DNA of 35,129 nucleotides from an uncultured bacterium. Lineage in GTDB: Bacteria > SAR324 > NAC60-12. Below the pieces are notes generated by a model. The model saw nothing but the letters and a program-made list of their open reading frames with translations. It made no database searches and was not told the DNA's origin. The DNA is taken from positions 26,414 to 61,542 of the forward strand of contig CBFIJD010000016.1 of the NCBI GenBank assembly GCA_965662845.1, given 5' to 3'. The position numbers and the translations under genes were made by a program. Position 1 is the first letter of the stretch. Each line of letters starts with the position of its first letter. Below are positions 9,147-17,622 of this stretch, in pieces.

Positions 9147-10612
9147 TCTCAGCGGTATGGCTAGAGACTCCTTGGTTCTGGCTGTGCTGCTCTCTCCTTG
9201 CGGCTAGTCTGTTTTGTGGTTCCCGCCGCTGGTGGGGCCTCTCTCTCTTGCCCCTGACCTTGCTGCTGGCCCTGCTCTACGCTTGGTTAAGCCCCGCTCT
9301 GTTTCCTCCTGCATGGTTCGCGTCACTCAGTCCGCAGACTTCACTTTGGATCCGTGGCGACATCGCCGCGTATTCTGTCCAGCAAAACGAAGTCTCACTA
9401 CACCTCAAGAACGTCCACGCGTTGTCACGAACGGAATCCTTTGCGCTGTTGGAAGCGCACGTTCGGTTTGCCAAGCAAGGGCGAATCCCCCGACTCTACT
9501 TTGGGAAAACCGTGCAAGTGGGAGGACGCCTGGCGCACAAACAGTTGCACAGCGTCACGTGGCATCTGCAATTTGCCGAAGGCGCCACGCTGCGCTCTTT
9601 CTCTCAAGCCCCTGCGGCTTGGGAACGACACTTAGAACACCTCCGGCTGCGCTGGCAAACCCGCGCGGCGTTCTTTTTAGCACCCGAACCCCTCTCTATT
9701 TTCTTACCTTTGACGCTCGCGGAGCGAACCCGCTATCGCCCGTCGGCTCAACTCTTCCAAGAGACAGGGATGGCGCATGTGCTCGCCATCAGCGGGCTGC
9801 ACATCGGCTTGATCTATGTGTTGCTTTCTCTGCTCGGGCGCGGCGTGGGCTGGTGTGCGCCGCTGTTGTGGGAGACTCGCTGGTTCCCTGAGTTGGCGCG
9901 CTGGCTCCCTGTCGTGCTGCTGTGGGGGTACGTTACGTTGCTGGCGTTTCCCGTCTCGGCGCTGCGGGCGGTCACGATGATCACGATTTGGTTATTGCTG
10001 CAACAAACGGGGCGACGCCTTCCGGCCACGTTTTCGCTGCTGCTGACTAGCGCGCTCTTCCTCGCTTTGGACTGGAACACAGTGCAGTCGGTCTCGTTTC
10101 AGCTCTCCTTTGTCGCGGTGGCTTCAATCTTACTGCTGATGCCGTGGAACCTGCGGCGTCCGCAAACCCGCGCCCAGCTGCTGCGGCGCTATGTGCTCGA
10201 CAGCACTGGAGTCACCTTGGCGGTCACCATTGGCACTTTGCCCATTTTGCTCCACACCTTTGGGCTCGTTTCGTTAGAGGGCTTCTGGCTCAATCTGGTG
10301 CTGTTGCCGCTGCTGGCGTTTTGGGTGCTACCGCTGTGCTTACTGACGTTTGTGTGGAGTGGGGTGCACCTTGGCTCGCCTCCGAACGTAGCCGGAGAAG
10401 CAGAGCTCTACGCGCTGGTCGGCTGGAGTTTAGAGCGGTGGCTGTGGTTCTTGGAAGAGCTGCAGTTGCCTGCGGGGCGAATTATCGTGAGAGGAGAGTG
10501 GTCGGTAGAGATGTGGGTCGGATACTATGGCGTGGTGGGATTGGCGTGGTGGATGACTCGGCGGCGGGACAGGCTGCGCGCGCTGCGTCGCGCTGAAGAG
10601 CCCTCTCCCTGA
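9143..10612 (+). CDS. comEC: ComEC/Rec2 competence protein, lacking the C-terminal metallo-beta-lactamase domain
   Basis: Competence-domain motifs TGMAHVLAISGLHIG, SALRA and SFQLSFVAV; many TM helices; ATGA overlap with the bactofilin stop. Confidence 0.88.
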   Translation: MISAVWLETPWFWLCCSLLAASLFCGSRRWWGLSLLPLTLLLALLYAWLSPALFPPAWFASLSPQTSLWIRGDIAAYSVQQNEVSLHLKNVHALSRTESFALLEAHVRFAKQGRIPRLYFGKTVQVGGRLAHKQLHSVTWHLQFAEGATLRSFSQAPAAWERHLEHLRLRWQTRAAFFLAPEPLSIFLPLTLAERTRYRPSAQLFQETGMAHVLAISGLHIGLIYVLLSLLGRGVGWCAPLLWETRWFPELARWLPVVLLWGYVTLLAFPVSALRAVTMITIWLLLQQTGRRLPATFSLLLTSALFLALDWNTVQSVSFQLSFVAVASILLLMPWNLRRPQTRAQLLRRYVLDSTGVTLAVTIGTLPILLHTFGLVSLEGFWLNLVLLPLLAFWVLPLCLLTFVWSGVHLGSPPNVAGEAELYALVGWSLERWLWFLEELQLPAGRIIVRGEWSVEMWVGYYGVVGLAWWMTRRRDRLRALRRAEEPSP

Positions 10613-10640
10613 CCTCCTGTCGGTGGAGAGGACTCTCAGC
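10592..10640. terminator. Long imperfect hairpin between the convergent comEC and phosphatase-like genes
   Basis: gctg-a-agag-c-cctctcc-ctgac...gtcgg-t-ggagagg-a-ctct-cagc pairs over about 20 bp and spans the comEC stop; no strong U-tract. Confidence 0.45.
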
Positions 10641-10677
10641 TGTTCGTTAGCCGGAGCTAACCTTGATCAAAATCAGC

Positions 10678-12807
10678 TTATCGGTTGGTCAAACCATTGT
10701 TGGCTTGTCCTGCTGAAGCGCTCATCACTGCCTTGGTTGGCAGGTTCAGGTTGAACATGAAGATTTGTCCGCCTTGGTCGGCTCCGTCTGCAACCGCGCC
10801 ACCAGACTCACCTTTGTGCTGTACGACACCGATCAGAACGGACTCGTTCAATGGTGTGGAGCCGTTGACTTCTTGTTCGCCGGTGCCAGCCAATTCTTCC
10901 ATCGTGTAGAACTCACCGTTTTGCTTGCGTGTCACCATCGCAGTCACATTCCAAGAACCGGAAAACTCAGAAGAGTTAGGCTTGGAAAAGGTGCCTGGAT
11001 AGGCGGCGATGCCATTCTTGGCGCGTGGATTTTCTTTTCCTCCGGCCATCGCGAGGAAGTACCCCTTTCCAGCTTCTTGCAGATCAAACGTCTCTGGATT
11101 GAGGACCAAAGCGTATTTGCGCTCTCCGTAATCATTGCCAGAGTCTTCATCTACGATGAGGACGTCTGCGTCAGAGGATTTGATCCACTGCAGGCCGTCT
11201 GGCGCAACCATCTTCGCACTACCATCTTCCCATGTTGCTGCGGTTCCTGCGCCGCCGTGCTTGATGCCTTTTTTGCCAGTCTCCAGAGTCAACGCGCCAT
11301 CTATCGCGGCCACAATGCGTCGTGCATCAGCGGACACCAGCGCGGGCAAGTCACCGTTCGCCGCTTCGACTTCGTCCACAAAGTTGGTCAGCGTGATGCC
11401 CAACATTGCACCTTCGTTGGTCATGTTCTGCACGTAGCGCTGATGTTTGGTGTCGGGATCGACAGCGGGGTGTTCCGTCTTGGAATCGCCTACAAAGTAA
11501 GTGTGCCCCATGGGCTGCTCACTTGCTTTTTGCCAGCGATATACTTCGGTGTTGCCTACTGAGACAGGCTTGTCCCATCCACCCCACTGGTAACTAGTTG
11601 GAACAAACTTCACTTTGAAGTCGTCTGGAGCGCTCAAGTTGGTCAGATATTGATCCAACATCTTCTTGGACGTGTCGATGTTCTCAATGCCGAGACGGGC
11701 GAAGTCGGAGTTGGCCAGGGCCATCCCATAAACTTTTCCGTAGAGCAGACCATTGCGCGCCAAGAACTTGTCTCGCTCTGAAGCGGGGCCGTCCTGATAA
11801 ACCGGCTGATTGTTGGCGTCTACACCCTTCTTACCCACATAAATCCGCAGCGGGGCCGGCTCTACGCCGTGGTTGTAGCCAGCGAGGACCATCACGACAT
11901 AATCGGGATGCATTGGGTTGATGGGCAAAATCTTTTCGTAGCCTGACTGTCCAAGGGCAGGGACCGTATAAGCTGTTTGGTTTTTGACATCTACAACGAC
12001 AGAGGCCAACCCCATGGTGTCGTCTGTGCTGACTCCTGTGCCTTCGAACATTCTTTGAATATTCCATTCCTCAGCAGTCAGCCAGACGTCATCGGCCAAA
12101 CCGATTCCCTTGCCGTACTTGTGAGCTTGCTCATAGTAGGCACCACAAAAAGACTGGAAGAAGAAGTCCGCTTTAGCGAGTTTCATGTTGTCTGCAAACT
12201 CGACCACGGTCCCGTCGGCTAGCGTTTGGTTCCCCCATTTGCCACCGCGTGCTTTGGGAGTCACCACTTCACCGAACTGGTTGTATACGGTGCTGAACAG
12301 GTGTCCTGAGCCCTCAACCATGCTGCTAGCGGCGTTGTTGTTGTTCAAAAAACTAGCGAACTCGTAGCGGTTGTAGTCGATGGTGTGGATGTGTGAACCT
12401 GTGAAAGTTACACCGCTCTTCATTTCCCACGGATAAGTCTCGTTGCTCATCGTGGAATAGGATTCCGACTGATATGCGACGCGGATCGTGTCTTCATCCA
12501 CCAACCACGCCGCCTGCCCGTCTGGGTAACCAGTCAGTGAGTTGCCGGTTGCCGGATCATATTCTCCAACGGTAGCCAAAGGCTTCATTCGCCCTACGAA
12601 AGGGAAGTTTGTGTCGCCACTCTGTCCATCAACAGAGTACTCGGCTGGTTCGTCTGCAGTGCTCGCTTCGGCGATCAAAGCGGTGACCTCGCCGATTTTC
12701 ATTTTGTCGTCCGTGTTTTGGTTGGACATGTGTCCTGTTGCGGCTGCTTGCGAGCTCAAGACTGCGACGCTGAGTGCTCCCAGCATCAAATGTTTCCACT
12801 TCATCAT
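10678..12807 (-). CDS. Secreted protein, probably a divergent PhoX-like / atypical alkaline phosphatase
   Basis: Sec-type signal MMKWKHLMLGALSVAVLSSQAAA (start 12807 or 12804, AGGA RBS). Motifs GYPDG, QSESY, SFCG, WLTAEEW, GYEK, KTEH, APDGL, DEDSG, SEFSG and VQH occur in the same order as PhoX metal-ligand motifs. Pho-box-like repeats lie upstream. Confidence 0.62.
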   Translation of the reverse strand: MMKWKHLMLGALSVAVLSSQAAATGHMSNQNTDDKMKIGEVTALIAEASTADEPAEYSVDGQSGDTNFPFVGRMKPLATVGEYDPATGNSLTGYPDGQAAWLVDEDTIRVAYQSESYSTMSNETYPWEMKSGVTFTGSHIHTIDYNRYEFASFLNNNNAASSMVEGSGHLFSTVYNQFGEVVTPKARGGKWGNQTLADGTVVEFADNMKLAKADFFFQSFCGAYYEQAHKYGKGIGLADDVWLTAEEWNIQRMFEGTGVSTDDTMGLASVVVDVKNQTAYTVPALGQSGYEKILPINPMHPDYVVMVLAGYNHGVEPAPLRIYVGKKGVDANNQPVYQDGPASERDKFLARNGLLYGKVYGMALANSDFARLGIENIDTSKKMLDQYLTNLSAPDDFKVKFVPTSYQWGGWDKPVSVGNTEVYRWQKASEQPMGHTYFVGDSKTEHPAVDPDTKHQRYVQNMTNEGAMLGITLTNFVDEVEAANGDLPALVSADARRIVAAIDGALTLETGKKGIKHGGAGTAATWEDGSAKMVAPDGLQWIKSSDADVLIVDEDSGNDYGERKYALVLNPETFDLQEAGKGYFLAMAGGKENPRAKNGIAAYPGTFSKPNSSEFSGSWNVTAMVTRKQNGEFYTMEELAGTGEQEVNGSTPLNESVLIGVVQHKGESGGAVADGADQGGQIFMFNLNLPTKAVMSASAGQANNGLTNR

Positions 12808-12864
12808 TTCCATTCCTATGGTTGGGTTGTTTGAATTCCAGTGCTGTGATGAACACAACGGCCA

Positions 12865-12922
12865 ACACTAGGAAGGAACAAAGTTAGATCTGTATTAGGA
12901 TCAGGTTAGAAATCTGTTAGGT
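12865..12922 (-). promoter_or_regulatory. Four tandem 11-bp direct repeats (Pho-box-like) plus a -10-like hexamer
   Basis: ttag occurs at 12884, 12895, 12906 and 12917, an exact 11-bp period. Minus-strand units are CCTAACAGATT / TCTAACCTGAT / CCTAATACAGA / TCTAACTTTGT. TAGTGT lies at 12870-12865. Confidence 0.75.
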
Positions 12923-13294
12923 TCGAGAATACTTCGTCATTACAGATGTTTACACCGTGTCTCGAAACCAAAGACCTCCGCGCAAACCACGCTGAACAGC
13001 AGCGCCTAGTCCACACCTTCAGAAGAAAAACCTAGGAGCCTGACAACTTAGCCAACACGTTTCACGAAGGCATCTTGGTCAAGAAAATCAGAGATCTGAG
13101 CACACAACGGCTGCGCTGATCCAAGGCTGCAACGCGATGGCCCCTCACTCAAACCCGCTACACAACGAGCGCCCGATCGCTCGCACGAATGTTTCACGCT
13201 ACGCCACTCTACAATGTTGTCTCTTTGTCACAAATATGCCAAGACTGCGCAAAGTTATCAGAAGTTGTTCATCCTCTCGGTCCTTAAACTCCGC

Positions 13295-16200
13295 ATGCCA
13301 ACGCAGACTGCGCCTCTCCCCTCCATCTTTCGCCAACTCTTTTGGTTGTTGTTTGCTCCACTGATGGCTCTCTCTCTGATTTTGTCTTTTCGAGTTTGGA
13401 AAGGCGTCCAAACCCTTCAGTTTGCCCAATCCATTGAAGAGCAAGTGCAAGAACTGAAAATCGCGGATCGCTGGATTCATGGTTTGCAGCAAGAGCGCGG
13501 GCTCTCGGGAGCATGGTTAGGCATCGGCAGCCCAACCTTCCAAGCTGCGTTGGCAGAGATTCGCGCCAGCAATGACGCCTTGCGTCAGGAATTTTCTCCC
13601 CAATCGTCTTGGGAGTGGTGGTCGTTCTCAGAGCAAATGGACCTTCGCGCCAGAGTCGACAACCAGTCGATTGCGTTTGACGACGTCCTCTCCGCCTACA
13701 CCACACCAATCCGCAAACTATTGGCAGAAGACATTGTGATCACGGTGAAAAAGGCCTCCCCAGAGTTTTTTCAGCTGACGCTGTCATATCAACAGCTCCG
13801 AAAACTCAAAGAAGAAGCCGGACGTGAGCGGGCATTGCTGGTTGGTTCCTTCGCGAGAGGCCACTTCATGCCGGGACAATTTCGCAATTGGCGAGAAGCC
13901 TATGACGCCCAACAGAAGCGCGCACAAATCTTTTTTGAGTTAGCTCCGGCAGACGTCCAAGCCGCTTGGCTCACTCTCCAACAAAGCGAGGCGTGGGAAC
14001 GCATGGAGCAGCAACGCTCCCTGTTCGCCCGGAGCACTCCGTTGGACCTGATAGCCTCGGATCCAGAGACGGGATGGCAAACCGCGACAGCGCGCGTCAA
14101 TCAAATTCATGAACTTGAAATACAGCTGCTCGAGCGCATCACACAGTTGGCGCGACAAAGCGCCGAGACCGCGCGCAGGAATATGGCGCTGGAGTTTTTG
14201 CTGTTGCTGGTCTTGTTCCCTTTGATCGGTTGGATCAGCTACCGTCGGAGCCGTCAATTAGGCGTGCCGATTCGTTCGATGAGCGAACACCTTGAGCAAT
14301 TCCTCGCGCACGCTCCGCAAGACGACGCCAGAGCGCTGCATGCTGAGCTGGAGCAGCTGCGCCTCCAAGACATCCCCGTCAACAGCCATGAAACCCAGCA
14401 ACTCCAAACCTTCCTGCTGCTCTGGAAAGCCCAGTTGCAACACAGCGCCCACCAAATCGCGAAGCACGCACAAGAGCTAGAAGTCAGCCTCGAAGAGCTC
14501 AGCACAACCCACCAAATGCTGGAAAACACGCACCAACGAGCCGAGCACCTCGCGCAGGAGCTACAGCAGAACATCCAGTTTGCCGAACGCGTCCGACTCC
14601 TCACCCTGACCGCCAATTGGCGTATCAACCTCACCGATCGTGCATTTAGTTACTCCGACGAAATGTATACTTTGCTCCATGTGCCCCCGGAAACCGAGCT
14701 GACGCTAGAGAGCTTTCTCAAGAACTTCCAGACGCCTGACCGCCTCAAGTGGGAGGCCTTGCTCACACCAGAGCAATTGCCCAGCTACTCTTTTGAATTC
14801 GATAGCCTCTTGCAGCTCTCCACAGGCCCCAAGCGCTGGATGCGCACCAAAGGCTATGTGCACACCAACCGCGACGGAAAGCACGCTGAAGTCTTCGGCG
14901 CCCTCACCGACGTCACCGAGAGGCGCCTCGCCGAAGAAGACGAGCGGTTTGCGCTCCTGCAACGACTCGAGCTGAGCTTGCAGGCGGCGCGCTGCGGAAC
15001 CTGGCAATGGGATCCGGAGAACGGTAACTTTTACGCTGATGCGCTGTGTCACGAGCTCAACCGTAGCCCTCACAAGCTCCGCAGCATCGACCAGCTCTTG
15101 CAATGCGTGCATCCTCGCGATCGGCCTCAAGTCAACGGTCTGCTCGCCCAAGTCCAAAAAATGGGTCAGGCGCTCTCCGTCTTGTTCCGTGTGCCCGGAG
15201 ACTCCGCTGAAAACGACACGCGTTGGCTCGAACGGCACGTGTGGGTTCAACCACGCGAACAACAACCCCCTACCTTGATCGGCCTGGATTTCGATGTCAC
15301 CGACCGCAAAATCGCCGAGGACCTTAAGATTGAAGCGCTGCAACAAGCCGCAAACGAACAACAACTGCAGCTGCTGCTGAGCATCACGCAGGCCCTACAG
15401 GTGGGGGCCTTACGGGTTGACGTAGAGAAGCAGTCGGTGCTCTGGTTCAGCCCAAGTGTCCCGACATTGTTAGAATTGAACTCAAGTGCAGAAGCACAAC
15501 TGCAAAACTGGGCGGACTTTCGCCAGAATCATGTGCACTCTGAAGACGCGCACGTGCACCAGCAGATTGCCGAAAAGCTTCAGAGACACACGCCCTACAG
15601 CTTCCGCTATCGCATCCGCTCACCACAAGAAGCCCAGCGAATGTTATGGATTCATGAGGTCGGGACTCCGGAGAGCACCCACTACCAAGCCCAATATCTC
15701 ATCGCGCTGCAAAACGTGACGGAAGAAGCCGAGCAAGAGCAGTTCTGGCGCAAGCAGACGATGCTGGTGCAACGGCAAGCCGAAATCGCCTCTTTGGGCA
15801 ATTGGTATCTCCCCACCGGACACACTCAAATTCAGTCAGACGCTCAAACCTTGCGGCACTGGAACCTCGCGCAGCCCCGCCCAATGCAGCTAGAGGACTG
15901 GTTGCAGCACATCGTGCACCAAGACGACCAAGCGCGCGTCCGCAAAGTGTTTGCCCGTCACATGGCAAGCCAAGCCGGCCCCATGAACTTTTCCTTGAAC
16001 TATCGCACCCAACACCAACGCCTCCTGCGGTTAGGAGCCGATGTGCACACCGATCAATACGATCTGTTTGTGGTGGAACAAGACATCACCGCTTTGAAGC
16101 GCCAAGAAGAACTCAGTGACGCTGCACGCGAGCGCTTAGAATTGGCGACACAAGTCGCAGAGATCGGCGTTTGGCAGCTGCACCTCAACCGCAATGCGTT

Positions 16201-17569
16201 CTTGCTAGACAAGCGCTGCCAAGAAACTTCGGGGCTCGGCGGAGTCACGCCGTGGTCTACCTGGTGGGAGCATGTTCATCCCGATGACCGCAAACAGGTC
16301 ACACGCAAAATCGCCGTCTTGAGCCGTCGCAACCGCCCCATCCGCCTGCTCTATCGCTTCATCCGCGAAACCGAGGCGCGACCGCGTTGGTTTGAAATCA
16401 GCGCGCGCTGGCAAGAAAAAACCGAGTTTCAAGGGCTGCGTTTTGAAGGAGCCAGCTATTTGGGCGTGATGCGAGATGTGACCGAGCTGATTGAGCAACG
16501 CGAGAAGCTCCAGCAAGCGCTGCAAGATGCGCATCAGGCGGCACGCGCAAAAGCACGGTTCTTGGCGACGGTCACCCATGAGCTTCGCACGCCCCTGAAC
16601 ACGGTGTTACATTTTACGCGAGAACTCACCAAAAAGCTGGCGCCTGGATCTCCTGAAAAGATCACCGCGCAGCGCAGTCATGAAGTCGCCGAAGAGCTGC
16701 TGGCGCTGATCAATAACGTCCTTGACCAAACCCGACTGGAACAAGGCGCCTATGAACTGCGTCCGCAAGAGGTAGAACTCCGCGACATCGAGCAGCGCGT
16801 TCGCTCTCTCCTACAAGCGCAGGCCCACAAAAAAGGGCTGCAGTTACAGGTCAGCCTGCCGGTCGCCACGCTGCACGCCGATCCAATGGCGTTGTTGCAA
16901 ATCTTACTCAACCTCGCGGGGAACGCGCTCAAGTTTACGCACGCCGGCAAAGTCCTTGTGCACGGAGAGTTACACCCCGCAGATGAGCAGCTCCATCAGC
17001 TCGTGTTGGTCGTCAAAGACACCGGCATTGGCATCAAACCAGAAGACCAGCAGCGCGTCTTTCAAGACTTTGCGCAAGCAGATCAAGACGAGCCCTTGTT
17101 GTATGTTGGCAGTGGGCTGGGATTAGCGACCGTGAAAGGGTTGGTCGACTTGCATCAAGGGGAGATTGCGTTGCAGAGTGAGGTTGGTGTCGGCACAAGC
17201 TTCACTGTCACGTTGCCGGTCAAAGTTCTCGCCGTCGAGACCACCTCGGGCGAGCAGGCAGAGTCCGAAGAGGCACTGATTTTGGAGCCAGTAGTCGCCT
17301 CTGCCTTGCTGCAAGAACTAGAAGAGATCTTGCTGCCTGTCTTCGCAGACGGTATCCCCGACCAGCGCAAAGGCGCTCTGTTGCTCGCACAGCTCGAGCC
17401 CCTTGCCGAACGCTATAACGTTTCTTGGCTCACTCATTGGCTCGCCCAACTGCGGGAAAAGCACGATGGACATCTGGTGGGCTCCTTCTTCAGCACCCTA
17501 AAACAGTTTGAAGGACACCAGAATCTCTTGCGACGCCAAGCCGGTCGCTCGGTTGAAACGCCCCCCTAA
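13295..17569 (+). CDS. Membrane sensor histidine kinase: TM-NIT-TM, coiled coil, five PAS/PAC domains, HisKA, HATPase
   Basis: NIT-like motifs IHGLQQERGLS and KEEAGRERA lie between two TM helices. Five PAS units end in DVTER, DVTDR, NVTEE, DITAL and DVTEL. H-box THELRTPLN, N-box NLAGNALKFT, G-boxes DTGIGI and GSGLGL. The start is uncertain (13214 or 13295). Confidence 0.88.
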   Translation: MPTQTAPLPSIFRQLFWLLFAPLMALSLILSFRVWKGVQTLQFAQSIEEQVQELKIADRWIHGLQQERGLSGAWLGIGSPTFQAALAEIRASNDALRQEFSPQSSWEWWSFSEQMDLRARVDNQSIAFDDVLSAYTTPIRKLLAEDIVITVKKASPEFFQLTLSYQQLRKLKEEAGRERALLVGSFARGHFMPGQFRNWREAYDAQQKRAQIFFELAPADVQAAWLTLQQSEAWERMEQQRSLFARSTPLDLIASDPETGWQTATARVNQIHELEIQLLERITQLARQSAETARRNMALEFLLLLVLFPLIGWISYRRSRQLGVPIRSMSEHLEQFLAHAPQDDARALHAELEQLRLQDIPVNSHETQQLQTFLLLWKAQLQHSAHQIAKHAQELEVSLEELSTTHQMLENTHQRAEHLAQELQQNIQFAERVRLLTLTANWRINLTDRAFSYSDEMYTLLHVPPETELTLESFLKNFQTPDRLKWEALLTPEQLPSYSFEFDSLLQLSTGPKRWMRTKGYVHTNRDGKHAEVFGALTDVTERRLAEEDERFALLQRLELSLQAARCGTWQWDPENGNFYADALCHELNRSPHKLRSIDQLLQCVHPRDRPQVNGLLAQVQKMGQALSVLFRVPGDSAENDTRWLERHVWVQPREQQPPTLIGLDFDVTDRKIAEDLKIEALQQAANEQQLQLLLSITQALQVGALRVDVEKQSVLWFSPSVPTLLELNSSAEAQLQNWADFRQNHVHSEDAHVHQQIAEKLQRHTPYSFRYRIRSPQEAQRMLWIHEVGTPESTHYQAQYLIALQNVTEEAEQEQFWRKQTMLVQRQAEIASLGNWYLPTGHTQIQSDAQTLRHWNLAQPRPMQLEDWLQHIVHQDDQARVRKVFARHMASQAGPMNFSLNYRTQHQRLLRLGADVHTDQYDLFVVEQDITALKRQEELSDAARERLELATQVAEIGVWQLHLNRNAFLLDKRCQETSGLGGVTPWSTWWEHVHPDDRKQVTRKIAVLSRRNRPIRLLYRFIRETEARPRWFEISARWQEKTEFQGLRFEGASYLGVMRDVTELIEQREKLQQALQDAHQAARAKARFLATVTHELRTPLNTVLHFTRELTKKLAPGSPEKITAQRSHEVAEELLALINNVLDQTRLEQGAYELRPQEVELRDIEQRVRSLLQAQAHKKGLQLQVSLPVATLHADPMALLQILLNLAGNALKFTHAGKVLVHGELHPADEQLHQLVLVVKDTGIGIKPEDQQRVFQDFAQADQDEPLLYVGSGLGLATVKGLVDLHQGEIALQSEVGVGTSFTVTLPVKVLAVETTSGEQAESEEALILEPVVASALLQELEEILLPVFADGIPDQRKGALLLAQLEPLAERYNVSWLTHWLAQLREKHDGHLVGSFFSTLKQFEGHQNLLRRQAGRSVETPP

Positions 17570-17622
17570 GTCTGCCGTCGCGCGCGGCGTTCCTCTCATT
17601 TTCACCCCAACCAGGAGCCTCC

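Noticed and set aside
12881..12922. Tandem repeats as a mini-CRISPR or VNTR
   Set aside because: The units are 11 bp, degenerate and spacerless, in a promoter position. This fits a transcription-factor operator, and there are no cas genes.
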